64,000 bases of DNA from Longimicrobiales bacterium (GCA_965238005.1 OZ250165.1:3712001-3776000), one strand, 5' to 3'. Positions 1 to 10,111 are shown, counted from the stretch's first letter. Numbers and translations: made by a program. The notes: generated by a model from the letters alone, not told the origin.

Positions 1-2015
1 GCGTCTGCCTCGAGCGCCGAGATCGACACGGCGATGGCGGCACCCGTGGCACCAGGCTCGGGGGCGGCTTTTCCTACCTCGGGATCGGGCCCGCCTGCAT
101 TCCGGCTCGCCACTGCGACCGTGGAGTCGGTGACACCCGAGCCCGGGATCGGCCCACGAGCGCCGGCGGCGCCGGCGGCCCTGGTGAGCCCGTCCCCCAT
201 GGTATGGAAGGGCGGGATGGATATGGGCAGCCGTCCGCCGATGGCCGTCTCGCCGAAGAGGGCGAGGACCGCAGCCACCTGCGACACCTCCCGGTCTCCC
301 CAGGCGATCAGGTAGGCGGGTGCGTCGGGCAGAGCCACCAGCAGATACGGATTCCCGAACGAGGTGACCAGGAGCGGACGCTCCTGCCCGACTTCGCGGA
401 TGAAGTCGGCCAATGCGTCCGGGGCGGCGACCTCACCGGCTCCCGCCCGGGGCGGCACGTAGGCGCTCACCAGCACCAGGTCGACGTCTTGGGCCCGGAG
501 GCGCAGGGAGTCGTACGTCTCGGCCGGAGTGTCCGGGTCGACCCGAGCCCGGCGCAGCGACGCGACCCTGCCGGTCAGGGCCGGATCGAAGGCCGTGCCC
601 GCCACCAGGTTGTCGGCTCGAGCATAGGTCACGCTCAGGATCCTCCGGGTCACTGTGGAATCCACCGGCACGGCACCTGCGCGGTCCCGGAGGAGGGTCA
701 TGGAGCGGGCCGCCGCCGTGTCCGCGAACGCCAGGTGAGCCGCGCTCCCCACCACGTCGTCCACAGCGTCCAGATCCACCATCCGCCCGCGGTGAAGCCC
801 GGCCCGGGCCTTGGTCTCGAGCACCCGGCGGGCCGAGGCCCGGATGCGGCCCGGATCCACGCGGCCCGCCTCCACGGCGACGACGACGGCGTCGATGGCT
901 TCTGTCACGTCCATCGGAATGAGCAGGACATCGCTTCCGGCTTCCAGCGCCAGCACCGCCACCTCACCGGTCCCGTAGCGGTCGGCGAGGGCTCCCATGT
1001 TCAGGGCGTCCGTGAGGAGAAGGCCGCCGAAGCCAATCTCCTCGCGGAGGAGCTCGGTCATGAAGCGTGGATCCAGCGTGGCAGGAGGCCCGTCCGTGCC
1101 CTGGACCCCGGACACGATGACGTGGGCCGTCATGACGGCGTCCACACCCGACTCTACCGCCTCCCGGAACGGCACCAGCTCCACGGCGTTGAGCCGGTCC
1201 CAGTCCGCCGGAACCACCGGAAGATCCAGGTGCGAGTCGGTCCGGGTATCCCCGTGTCCCGGGAAGTGCTTCGCCGTGGCGAGCACGCCGCCCTGGTGCG
1301 CCCCCTGGATGTACGCAGCCCCCAACCGGGCCACGGTAGCCGGGTCCTCACCGAAGGAGCGCGTGTTGATGATAGGGTTGTCCGGGTTCGAGTTGACGTC
1401 CAGCACGGGAGCGAAGTTCAGGTGGACGCCGACCGCTCTCGCCTCGACCGCAGTGATGCGCCCGTACTCCCGAACGAAGCGCTCGTCCCCGATGGCTCCG
1501 AAGGCCATGGTCGGCGGAAAGCTGGTGCCGCCGCCCTGCGGGAGCATGGACGGCAGGGCGTAGGAGTGGTTGATCCGCATCCCCGGCCCGCCGTTCTCGA
1601 AGTCCGAAGTGACCAGGAGGGGGACCCGGGCCCGGGCCTGGAGCTCGTTGATCTTCGCCGCGTACGAGTGGGGCAGCCCGATGGACAGATAGATGCCCCC
1701 GATCTCGTCGTCTTCCACCCAACCGGCCCACTCGAGGAACTCGGGGCTGCTGGTCGACGCGTACGAGCCGGGCAGCCACTGGATGACGAGCTGCGCCACC
1801 TGCTGCCGCAGCGTGAGGGAGGCCAGGGTCCCGTCCACCCACGCCCGTGCCTCACCGTCCAGCGGCTTCGTGCCGGGAGTGAACGCCCCCGGGGCTGGAC
1901 CGGCGGCCGGGCGGGCCGGGGACGGCTCCGACCCCTCCCCCAGTCCCAGCGAGGTGCAGCCGCCGACCCACAGGATGGCCAGGACGGCCGAGAGACGAAG
2001 TGGCCTACCGCCCAC
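1..2015 (-). CDS. GH3 beta-N-acetylhexosaminidase-like lipoprotein (3' end runs off the window)
   Basis: Absent from the ORF track because there is no stop in the window. Manual translation from GTG 2015 gives a lipobox-like LAILWVGGC, then GH3 motifs FAPVLDVNSNPDNPIINTRSFGE and KHFPGHGDTRTDSH. The frame stays open to base 1. Confidence 0.85.
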   Translation of the reverse strand, partial: MGGRPLRLSAVLAILWVGGCTSLGLGEGSEPSPARPAAGPAPGAFTPGTKPLDGEARAWVDGTLASLTLRQQVAQLVIQWLPGSYASTSSPEFLEWAGWVEDDEIGGIYLSIGLPHSYAAKINELQARARVPLLVTSDFENGGPGMRINHSYALPSMLPQGGGTSFPPTMAFGAIGDERFVREYGRITAVEARAVGVHLNFAPVLDVNSNPDNPIINTRSFGEDPATVARLGAAYIQGAHQGGVLATAKHFPGHGDTRTDSHLDLPVVPADWDRLNAVELVPFREAVESGVDAVMTAHVIVSGVQGTDGPPATLDPRFMTELLREEIGFGGLLLTDALNMGALADRYGTGEVAVLALEAGSDVLLIPMDVTEAIDAVVVAVEAGRVDPGRIRASARRVLETKARAGLHRGRMVDLDAVDDVVGSAAHLAFADTAAARSMTLLRDRAGAVPVDSTVTRRILSVTYARADNLVAGTAFDPALTGRVASLRRARVDPDTPAETYDSLRLRAQDVDLVLVSAYVPPRAGAGEVAAPDALADFIREVGQERPLLVTSFGNPYLLVALPDAPAYLIAWGDREVSQVAAVLALFGETAIGGRLPISIPPFHTMGDGLTRAAGAAGARGPIPGSGVTDSTVAVASRNAGGPDPEVGKAAPEPGATGAAIAVSISALEAD

Positions 2016-3912
2016 TGGCAGTAACCTTCAGCGGGACGTGTATCCCGTCACCCAGCTCGAAGTAGGGCGGCATGCCCGTGGGGGTCCGGCCACTGATCTC
2101 GATGCCGCCGAGGAGGGCCGTAGCCGCGGCGCGCTGGCTCACCAGAGCCGAGCTCCACGCCAGGACGTACGCCTGTGCATCCGGGAATTCCGAGATCAGG
2201 TAGGGGTTCCCGAAGGACACCACGACATGGGTGATCCTCGCGCGGGCGAGCTCGTTCACGAATTCCACCATCTCCTCCGGGAGCTCGACGCGGCCCGCGA
2301 AGTTCGAGTAGATCGAGACCACCACCAGATTCGAGCGATGCGACCGCCGCTCCAGGTCTTCGTAGACGGAGGAGTTGGTCTGGTCGTCCACCCGGGTCGT
2401 GACGAGGCGAGGATAGGTCTCGCGGAGGCGAGCGTCGAAGTAGCGGCTCGCCAGCACGTCGGTGCGGCTTCGGAACGTCACCGACATGACACGGGCCGTC
2501 CGGGTTCCCAATAGGGGCAGGAGATTCCGCTGGTTCCGGATAAGCGTGATGGAGCGCTCGGCGACCTCCTGGGCGATGCGCGTGTGCTCGGGAATGCCCA
2601 CCACCTGGGGGACAACCTCGAGGGGCACCTCGCGCTCTTCGTGGAGTCCCATCTCCTCCTTCAGCCGGAGCAGCTTCGTGACCGATCGGTCGATGCGGGA
2701 CTCGGGGATCCGCCCGTCACGTACCGCCCGAAGGATGGCGTCGATGGCCTGCGTCACGTCGGGGGGCATCAGCATCACGTCGGCCCCGGCCAGCAGGGCC
2801 ATGACGGACGCCTCTCCCCGCGGATAGAGCCGGTTCACCGCGGTCATGTCCATGGCATCGGTGAAGACGATCCCGTCGAACCCCAGGTCCGAGCGCAACA
2901 GATCATCGAGCACCCGACCGGAAAGGGTGGATGGCAGATACCCTCCGCTGACCTCCGGGACGGCGATGTGGGCCGACATCATGCCCCGGATTCCCGCATC
3001 GATGGCCGCCCGGAACGGCACCAGCTCCACCGAGTCCATGCGCTCTCGCTGAGCGCGGATAATGGGCAGAGCCAGGTGGGAGTCCACATCGGTGTCGCCG
3101 TGACCCGGGAAGTGCTTGCCCGTGGCCACCACCCCGTGCTCCTGGAGCCCGCGGACGAAGGACACACCCATGTTCGCCACCGCTTCGGGATCCTCGCCGA
3201 AGGAGCGGATGTTGATGATCGGGTTCTCGGGGTTGTTGTTGACGTCCAGGACAGGCGCGAAGGGTAGGTGGACCCCCATGGCCAGGGCCTCCAACGCCGT
3301 GATGCGCCCCATCTGATAGGCGTAGTCCGGGTCACCCGTCGCCCCGAACGCCATCAGCGACGGGAAGGTCGTAGCGCCACCCAACGCGATGTTCGTAGGA
3401 ACGTGCACCGCCCCCCAGAATCGGAAGCCAGCGCCGGTCTCCAGATCGGCCCCCACGAGGAGCGGATACTTGGAGTGGCGCTGCAGATCGTTGAGCTTCA
3501 CCGCCACGTCTGTGGGAACGCCCACCGACATGATCACGCCGCCCACGCCCTCCCTCTCGATGACGTCCACGATCCGGTCGTGGCTCTCCGTGCCCTCGGG
3601 AGCGAAGTTGCCCAGAACGAACGGCATGATCATCTGGGCGATCTTCTCCCGGAGCGTCATCTCGTCGAGGACGCGCTGAGGCCAGGGGAGAGTGGACCGC
3701 GTGGGCCGAGCCGCTTGAGCGGGGGTCGGTCTCGGAGATATTTCGCGTGGGGCCTCGCCCTCGACAGAGGCGGCCGGCCGGTCCTCGGTAGAGGTGGGGT
3801 CCTGAGCGGGCCCAGAGCTCAACGTGGAGCACGACGAAACGAGAATCGCCAGGACCCAGAGGCTTCCCGCCGGGTTACTCAGGGTGAGTCGGGGCGTGCT
3901 CCGGGTGGGCAT
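2005..3912 (-). CDS. GH3 beta-N-acetylhexosaminidase (NagZ-like) lipoprotein
   Basis: KHFPGHGDTDVDSH catalytic motif, FAPVLDVNNNP..RSFGE, a GH3 C-terminal domain and an N-terminal lipobox-like LVSSC. Confidence 0.9.
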   Translation of the reverse strand: MPTRSTPRLTLSNPAGSLWVLAILVSSCSTLSSGPAQDPTSTEDRPAASVEGEAPREISPRPTPAQAARPTRSTLPWPQRVLDEMTLREKIAQMIMPFVLGNFAPEGTESHDRIVDVIEREGVGGVIMSVGVPTDVAVKLNDLQRHSKYPLLVGADLETGAGFRFWGAVHVPTNIALGGATTFPSLMAFGATGDPDYAYQMGRITALEALAMGVHLPFAPVLDVNNNPENPIINIRSFGEDPEAVANMGVSFVRGLQEHGVVATGKHFPGHGDTDVDSHLALPIIRAQRERMDSVELVPFRAAIDAGIRGMMSAHIAVPEVSGGYLPSTLSGRVLDDLLRSDLGFDGIVFTDAMDMTAVNRLYPRGEASVMALLAGADVMLMPPDVTQAIDAILRAVRDGRIPESRIDRSVTKLLRLKEEMGLHEEREVPLEVVPQVVGIPEHTRIAQEVAERSITLIRNQRNLLPLLGTRTARVMSVTFRSRTDVLASRYFDARLRETYPRLVTTRVDDQTNSSVYEDLERRSHRSNLVVVSIYSNFAGRVELPEEMVEFVNELARARITHVVVSFGNPYLISEFPDAQAYVLAWSSALVSQRAAATALLGGIEISGRTPTGMPPYFELGDGIHVPLKVTASGR

Positions 3913-3985
3913 CAAGCGAGCTCAGCAACCTCGATGTTGGGCAGAAAGAGCAGCCGAAGTGCAGATCGGAGAGCAAGCTATAGAG

Positions 3986-5278
3986 TTGCCGAGAGTGTCA
4001 CAATTCTGGCTCATACTCGCGCTCCTGACATGCATGGCCTGCAGCTCGGATGCCGACGCCGGTAGCCTCGAGGGAACCCGCACGGGCGCACGGGCCGCCG
4101 ATCCCTTATACCGAAGTACCGATGGCGAGTTCGGTCCGGTGCGCCCGGGCATCGAGGTGCTGCTCGAGGACTCCTTGCATCTCGTGGCCGGAAAGCGGGT
4201 CGGACTCATCACCAACCAGACGGGTGTGGACTCGTCGGGACGCTCCTCGATCGACCGGCTCTTCGAGCATGCGGACGTGGAGCTCGTGGCGCTTTTCACG
4301 CCGGAGCACGGTATCCGGGGCACGGCCGAAGCCGGCGAGCTGGTGAACGACGAAGTCGATTCCAAGACAGGGCTGCCGATCTACTCGCTCTACGGGACGG
4401 TCCGGAAGCCGACCCCGGAGATGCTGGAAGGGATCGACGTCATCTTGGCGGACTACCAGGACATCGGCGCCCGGTACTGGACCTATGTCTCCACGATGAC
4501 CCTGGCGATGGAGGCGGCCGCCGAGGAGGGGATTCCGATGGTGGTCCTGGACCGTCCCAACCCGATCGGTGGAGCAACCCAGGGTAACATACTGGAGCCG
4601 GCGTTCGCGACGTTCGTGGGGCGGCACCCGGTGCCCATGCGCCACGGTATGACTCCCGGCGAGCTGGCACGCTACTCCAGTGGCGAGCTCGGCATCGAAG
4701 TCGAGCTGCACGTGGCGCCGGCGGAGGGGTGGCGCCGTGACATGTCCTTCGCGGAAACCGGCCTGCCGTGGGTCCAGCCGTCCCCGAACATGCCCAGCAT
4801 CGAGAGCGCCACCCACTACCCCGGCACCTGCCTCTTCGAGGGGACCAACCTGTCGGTGGGGCGCGGAACGGACATCGCCTTCCAGCACGTAGGTGCGCCC
4901 TGGCTGGACGGGGAGGCCTTGGCCCGGACCATGAACGGCTATGGGCTCGCCGGCGTCCGCTTCGAGGCCACCCGGTTCACGCCCCGGTCCCCCGGCGACG
5001 GCAAGTTCGACGGGGTAGAGGTCTCCGGCGTGCGCCTGATCGCCACCTCGGCCGAATACGATCCCACGGAGGCAGCCGTGGCCCTCCTCGTGGAAGCCCG
5101 CAGGATGTCCGGGGACAATTGGCGATGGCTCGCGTCCCACTTCGATCGTCTGGCTGGGACCGATCGGCTTCGTGAGGCCATCGAGGCGGGCGCTGGAATC
5201 GATGAGATCCGGGAAGGATGGGACGAGGCGCTGGCCGAGTTCAGGCGGGTGCGGGAGCCGTACCTGATCTATCGGTAG
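3986..5278 (+). CDS. namZ: Exo-beta-N-acetylmuramidase NamZ (DUF1343/YbbC family)
   Basis: Motifs GLITNQTG, LFTPEHG, YQDIGAR, LDRPNP, PSPNMP and SVGRGT. Start uncertain (TTG 3986 chosen, ahead of a lipoprotein-like signal). Confidence 0.9.
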   Translation: MPRVSQFWLILALLTCMACSSDADAGSLEGTRTGARAADPLYRSTDGEFGPVRPGIEVLLEDSLHLVAGKRVGLITNQTGVDSSGRSSIDRLFEHADVELVALFTPEHGIRGTAEAGELVNDEVDSKTGLPIYSLYGTVRKPTPEMLEGIDVILADYQDIGARYWTYVSTMTLAMEAAAEEGIPMVVLDRPNPIGGATQGNILEPAFATFVGRHPVPMRHGMTPGELARYSSGELGIEVELHVAPAEGWRRDMSFAETGLPWVQPSPNMPSIESATHYPGTCLFEGTNLSVGRGTDIAFQHVGAPWLDGEALARTMNGYGLAGVRFEATRFTPRSPGDGKFDGVEVSGVRLIATSAEYDPTEAAVALLVEARRMSGDNWRWLASHFDRLAGTDRLREAIEAGAGIDEIREGWDEALAEFRRVREPYLIYR

Positions 5279-5282
5279 CCCA

Positions 5283-5385
5283 CTGGCGTTGTCCCCCTCG
5301 CTACTGCGAGACCCCTCGAAAAGTCGCTCGGGGGACAACACCAGGGGTTGCCGGAAAAGTCGCTCGGGGGACACCACCAGGGGTT
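5283..5385. repeat. 36-bp tandem duplication plus an inverted partial copy (REP-like)
   Basis: GAAAAGTCGCTCGGGGGACA(A/C)CACCAGGGGTT starts at 5318 and 5354. CTGGCGTTGTCCCCC (5283-5297) is complementary to GGGGGACAACACCAG (5330-5344) with one mismatch. Confidence 0.8.
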
Positions 5386-5505
5386 CACGGTAGTGCGCCC
5401 TGGAGCCTACGACAGTAGGGGCGCTCCTGTCCAGGTTGCAGGCGGCGACTCGCTCCGACAGCTTACGAGCGTTCCCGCCGAACCCTTCTCGCGACGGTGC
5501 GACGC

Positions 5506-6003
5506 ATGGTCTCAGTCCGTAGAGCTGCTCTCTTTGGCTTGCTGATCTGGCTCATCCCCTTCGTGGTTGCGTTCGCGATCTTCCCCCTGCGGGAGTCGTC
5601 ACGACCCCTCTTCGAGTCCATAATGCCCGTCGCGATCACTCTGTCGGTCGTGGTCTTCGGTGTGGCCTACTTCCGGGAAGTGCATCGGCGCCACGTTTTC
5701 GAGGGTCTGTGAGTCGGCCTGACCTGGCTGGCGATCTGCGTCCTCATCGATGCGCCCCTCATGCTGTTGGGCGGGCCCATGCAGATGACGGTGCCCGAGT
5801 ACCTCGCGGACATCGGGCTCGCCTACGGCATCATTCCGGTGGTCACCATCGGCCTGGGAGTGGCCCTCCGTTCGGCGGAGGGGAGTCGGAAAGGCGAGCA
5901 GCGAGATCCGGAGCGGAAGTCCCCCGTTGAGTCACCGGAGGAGCCGGCAAGCACGCCGGATGCCGCACCCGACGATCCGCCGGAAGCAGCCCCCGAAGCC
6001 TGA
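5506..6003 (+). pseudogene. Small multi-TM membrane protein interrupted by an in-frame TGA (5710-5712)
   Basis: ORFs 5497-5712 and 5761-6003 are in the same frame, and hydrophobic sequence continues across the stop (HVFEGL*VGLTWLAICVLIDAPLML). Confidence 0.7.
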
Positions 6004-6021
6004 CCCACCACCTCGCCCTCG

Positions 6022-6196
6022 CCCCCCCACCGCATTTCCGAGCGTCAATTGCAGGAGTGAGGGTTTCGCCCGCCTGAGGGTTGGAGGCCGAAGGGCCCGT
6101 CACGGATTCCCCTCCGAAGGACTCTTCGAGCGCTCTCGCAGGAGTGAGGATCAAGCCCCCCCCAAGCATTGCGAGACTCAAGGCAGGGGTGGGGGA
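6022..6196 (+). ncRNA. Candidate rod-like structured ncRNA (possibly 6S RNA)
   Basis: About 175-nt intergenic segment whose ends pair (CCCCCACC 6024-6031 with GGTGGGGG 6188-6195), with nested imperfect helices and an internal bubble. Folded by eye only. Confidence 0.3.
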
Positions 6197-6209
6197 GTCC
6201 GCACGCCCC

Positions 6210-7070
6210 CTACCCGCCCGCGACTTCCTCCACCACCCCTGCCTTGAACGCCTCGTAAAGCGCCCTAGCCACCGGCCCCACCGTCCCGTCACCCACCGGC
6301 CGACCGTCGAGCTCGACCGTGGGTCGTACCTCGGTGGTCGTCCCCGTGAAGAAGATCTCGTCCGCGCCCCGCATCTCCTCCACCGGAATCGCCCGTTCGA
6401 CCACCGTCATGCCCATCCCCCGCGCCAGCTCCATGACGAACCCTCTCCCGACTCCGTGGAGGATCTCATGGGTGGCCGGATGAGTGGTGACCACCCCGTC
6501 AAACACGCCGAAGACATTGTTGTGGGACCCCTCGAGAGCCACACCGTCCTTGACCAGGAGTGCGTCCGCCGCCCCCGCATCCACGGCTGCCTGCTGCGCC
6601 AGCACGTTCGGAAGGAGCCCGATGGTCTTGAGGTTGACCCTGGCCCAGCGGCGATCCGGCACCATGATGGCCGAATATCCCTGTTCCCAGCGCTCCGGAT
6701 CGGGCCGATGGAAGGCCTTCGCAAAAGCGTAAACCGTGGGTAGGGTGCCCTCGGGGGGGAAGTGATGGGTCCGGGGGGCCACTCCCCGTGTGATTTGGAG
6801 ATAGACTTTGGAGACGTCCTCATCCTCGAGACCGTTCTCGGTCAGGAGGCGCAGATGCATCTCCGGGAGCCCCGCAGTGTCGTAGCCGATCCGCAACGCG
6901 TCCAGGCCGTACCTGAGACGCCCCATGTGCTGCTCCAGGCGGAAGAGGCGGCCCTTGTATGCCGGCGTCACCTCATAGAGGCCGTCCGAGAGGAGAAAGC
7001 CCCGGTCGTCCACCGAGACCGTGGCCCGCTCCTTGGGCAGGTACTCGCCGTTCAAGTATACCGTGCTCAT
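6210..7070 (-). CDS. dat: D-amino-acid aminotransferase (PLP class IV)
   Basis: VSVDDRGFLLSDGLYEV, YLQITRG, LKTIGLLPNVLA, EGSHNN, ILHGVGR. Confidence 0.85.
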   Translation of the reverse strand: MSTVYLNGEYLPKERATVSVDDRGFLLSDGLYEVTPAYKGRLFRLEQHMGRLRYGLDALRIGYDTAGLPEMHLRLLTENGLEDEDVSKVYLQITRGVAPRTHHFPPEGTLPTVYAFAKAFHRPDPERWEQGYSAIMVPDRRWARVNLKTIGLLPNVLAQQAAVDAGAADALLVKDGVALEGSHNNVFGVFDGVVTTHPATHEILHGVGRGFVMELARGMGMTVVERAIPVEEMRGADEIFFTGTTTEVRPTVELDGRPVGDGTVGPVARALYEAFKAGVVEEVAGG

Positions 7071-7264
7071 GTCGATCCTGGAGTTGGGGGCAACTAATGA
7101 TGTCGGAAAAGATGGCTTCGGCGCTCGACTCCGCCAGCCCCATCAGCGACCAAGAGATTGCACACGCGCTCGCTCGGTGCTTCATTTAAGAAGCACCCGC
7201 CCCGGCCGAGGAGCCCAGCCCCGCGCCCAATGCCCGTTGGACACGACAGAAGGAGCCACATCCC

Positions 7265-7933
7265 ATGAGAAAGCTCTGTGCCGCCGCCGTCGCATTCCTC
7301 ATTCTCGCCCCGGCACCCGCTCAGGCGCAGGGTTTCGCCATCTCGGGCCACGCCGGCACCATTGGCGTCGGAGGCGGTGTTATCATCGGCGTCGCCCCCA
7401 AGCTCAATCTCCGAGGCATGTTCGGGCTCATTCCGGGAGACCCCGAGGTTGAGATCGAGGGCGTCGATTGGGCCTTTGACCTCCCCACGTTCATCCTGGC
7501 TACCGCGGACTTCTACCCCATGAGCGGCTTCCACCTCAGCGTGGGCGGGCTGATCATCTCCAAGGGCAGCGACATCTCCGCGGTGGGCACGGCAGCAGGA
7601 CGCACCGAAGAATTCGGAGGGACGAACTACACCCTCACCGCTGAGGACGAGCTGGTGAGCACGTTCAAGCTGAAGAGCTTCCAACCCTACGCGGGCATCG
7701 GCTTCGGGAACGGAGTCGGCAAGTTCATCGGGATCAACCTCGGCATAGGCCTAGGGTTCGGTGAAAAGCCCACCGTAACCGTGACGCCCCAGGGTCCCCT
7801 TGCCAACGACCCGATCGGCGGAGCTCAGTTCCGAGCCGACGTCCAGGCCGAGGTACAGGACATCGAGGACGACATTCCGGAGTACTTCAGGTTCTTTCCG
7901 GTCATCGCGCTCTCCATCTCCGTCGGATTCTAG
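7265..7933 (+). CDS. Outer-membrane beta-barrel protein (hypothetical)
   Basis: Signal peptide, PYAGIGFG strand and C-terminal Phe (ISVGF). Confidence 0.75.
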   Translation: MRKLCAAAVAFLILAPAPAQAQGFAISGHAGTIGVGGGVIIGVAPKLNLRGMFGLIPGDPEVEIEGVDWAFDLPTFILATADFYPMSGFHLSVGGLIISKGSDISAVGTAAGRTEEFGGTNYTLTAEDELVSTFKLKSFQPYAGIGFGNGVGKFIGINLGIGLGFGEKPTVTVTPQGPLANDPIGGAQFRADVQAEVQDIEDDIPEYFRFFPVIALSISVGF

Positions 7934-8205
7934 TGTGGTGTCCCAGAAGTTCGCGAGCCACCGAGAGTGCCGAGGCGCCGGATCCGGGGTACCCGCGCCG
8001 GATGCGTGGGTCAGGCGCGACGACGAGGAATAGCAACGCGGGCACCGCGGCCGAAGGCCGTGGTCCGAGGAGGAGGAACGCCGCAGGGCCGGATGCATCG
8101 GTGCTCGAGCCGAGCGACCTTCATGCTCGTCGTGAGCGCCCAGTTGACCGCGAGACGATCGAGCGCAGCGAGATCAATGGCCGAAACACTTCTGGGACAC
8201 CACAC
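7933..8205. mobile_element. IS630-like MITE, long form (273 bp)
   Basis: Perfect 18-bp TIR GTGTGGTGTCCCAGAAGT (7933-7950 and 8188-8205), flanked by TA, with no transposase. A degenerate extra left end follows at 8209-8238. Confidence 0.85.
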
Positions 8206-8252
8206 TAAGTGTTCCGTTTCCGAAGTTCGCGAGCCACCAAGAGGGTCGGGGC

Positions 8253-8498
8253 ATGCACGCGGTTTTCGTGATGATCAAGTGTGAGCTCGGCAAGTCCTAC
8301 GAGGTGGCCGACTACATCGTGGACAACATCGAGGAGACCGCGGAGGTCTATTCGGTGTCGGGAAAGTACGACCTTCTGGTGAAGTTCTACGTGCGCGAGG
8401 GGGACGACGTGGGTCACTTCATCTGCGATCGGCTCCAGGTGACTCCGCACCTCCGCGACACCTTCACCATCGACACGTTCAACGCGTTCACGAGATAG
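8253..8498 (+). CDS. Stand-alone Lrp/AsnC ligand-binding domain protein
   Basis: 81 aa; EVYSVSGKYDLLVK motif. Confidence 0.85.
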   Translation: MHAVFVMIKCELGKSYEVADYIVDNIEETAEVYSVSGKYDLLVKFYVREGDDVGHFICDRLQVTPHLRDTFTIDTFNAFTR

Positions 8499-8586
8499 GC
8501 CGAAGGATTCCGGCCGTGGGAGTCCCTAGGGCTCTAGACGGTCGAAGCTGAATACCGAGAGGGAGTGCCTCTCCTAGCTGCCTGTC

Positions 8587-9474
8587 CTAGCTCTCCTGCT
8601 CCAGCTTATCGAACTCCTCGATGAGCTGGGCTTCCTGGATCTGCGGCTCCGCCTCGGCGGATTCCGGCTCGGCGACCCCGTCACCGCCTTCGGGCACAGC
8701 GCTGACGGCGGCGTCGGTGGCTACCGACTCGGCGGGGGCCTCGTCGTCGTCTCCCGACTCCAACTGCTTGGGAGCCTCGGACTCGGGCGCGGCGATCAAG
8801 CCCATCTCCTGCTTGAGGACCAGGAGCCGATCCTCTACGTCGCCGGTGCCTCCACCGGTCTCAAGGAGCTTGAAGTCTTCCTCCAGCGTGCCGGGGCCGA
8901 GGGCCTCGCTCACCTCGGCATAGGCCAGGCTCTGGCGCTCCTGCTCCTCGATCTTTTCGGCCATCCGGTTGAAGGCATCGAAAGCGGACGTGTTGGAGAG
9001 ACCGGACATGGTCTCGTGGATCCGCCTCTGCGCCTGGGCCCGCCGCTGCTTGGCGACTAGGAGGTTCCGCTTCCGCTTGGCCTCTTCGATCTTGTCGTTG
9101 AGCTGCCGGAGCGATCCCTTGAGCGATTCGGTCTCGGCTGCCTGGGCCCGCCAGGTCGTGTCCATGGCCGCGGCACGCTCGGCGTGCTCCCCCTGCCTCA
9201 TGAGGGCCTGCTTGGCCAGCTCGTCCCTGCCCTCCTTCACGGCCAGCATGGCGCGGTGCTCCCACTGGCGGGCCTGCTTCACCTCATCGTCGAGCTGAGA
9301 GCGGAGCTTGCGCTCGTCCGCGATGGCCGCCGCGACTTCGCGCTTGGCCTTCGCGAGCTGATCCCGCATGTCCAGAATGATCTGGTTCAGCATCTTCTCC
9401 GGGTTTTCGGCCCGGGAGATGAGGTCGTTGATGTTCGACTTGATGACCGTCGAAAGCTTGGTGAAGATGCTCAT
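8587..9474 (-). CDS. pspA: PspA/IM30 family protein
   Basis: MSIFTKLSTVIKSNINDLISRAENPEKMLNQIILDM followed by a long coiled coil. Confidence 0.92.
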   Translation of the reverse strand: MSIFTKLSTVIKSNINDLISRAENPEKMLNQIILDMRDQLAKAKREVAAAIADERKLRSQLDDEVKQARQWEHRAMLAVKEGRDELAKQALMRQGEHAERAAAMDTTWRAQAAETESLKGSLRQLNDKIEEAKRKRNLLVAKQRRAQAQRRIHETMSGLSNTSAFDAFNRMAEKIEEQERQSLAYAEVSEALGPGTLEEDFKLLETGGGTGDVEDRLLVLKQEMGLIAAPESEAPKQLESGDDDEAPAESVATDAAVSAVPEGGDGVAEPESAEAEPQIQEAQLIEEFDKLEQES

Positions 9475-9479
9475 TTGCC

Positions 9480-9911
9480 TCAGCCCTCTCCTTCCGAACC
9501 GCTATCGTCGGACGCATCTGAACCGCCACCATCGACCCCGGCGAGAGATTTGATCTTGCCGAGGTGGCTCGAGGCGGCGTATTGGAGACTCTCGACCGAC
9601 GCTTGTACCTCCTCGTAGTCCAGCGTCTGCAACTCGAGGGTATCGCTGAGGATGATCTCCCCTTCCTCGATGCCGTACGCCCCGTGAACCATGTCCGTAG
9701 CGTTCCATTCGAGGAGCGTCCGATACAGGTCCGTCAGATCCCCTTCGCCCGGAAGGTCCATGACGTTGAGGCGGAGCAGAAGGACAGGCTCCGAGTGGTG
9801 GACCACCACCGCCCCGTTCCCGCCTCGCACGAGAAACATCCCCTCATCCACCTCTTCGTACTCCAGATCCATCCGAATGAGGAAGCTCTCGAGATCCTCT
9901 CGGGTTACCAT
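9480..9911 (-). CDS. YbjN/CesT-like chaperone-fold protein
   Basis: Acidic 143-aa protein with LYRTLLEWNATDMVHGAYGI; 5 bp upstream of pspA. Confidence 0.7.
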   Translation of the reverse strand: MVTREDLESFLIRMDLEYEEVDEGMFLVRGGNGAVVVHHSEPVLLLRLNVMDLPGEGDLTDLYRTLLEWNATDMVHGAYGIEEGEIILSDTLELQTLDYEEVQASVESLQYAASSHLGKIKSLAGVDGGGSDASDDSGSEGEG

Positions 9912-10111
9912 GATCGACTCCGTGGTTCGGGCGACCGGAGCACCGGCCGCCGGCAAATTGTAGCTGGACCCCTCGGACGAGGGGCGGTTATCCCTACGGT
10001 CTATCGGATGACGCTGTTTCTTAGACGCTTAAAGCGGTCAAAAGGGTCGCATGAGGTGAGATTGTTAGTTTAACACGAACGGCCATCCCGCCGCGACTCC
10101 TCCGTTCCCCG

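Noticed and set aside
204..2024. Long ORFs antisense to real genes (for example 204-2024, 17402-19447, 19914-22742 on +, 45902-47248 on -)
   Set aside because: Shadow ORFs caused by high-GC codon bias opposite genes with clear family motifs.
5318..5385. CRISPR array (36-bp period)
   Set aside because: Only two adjacent copies, no unique spacers and no cas genes.
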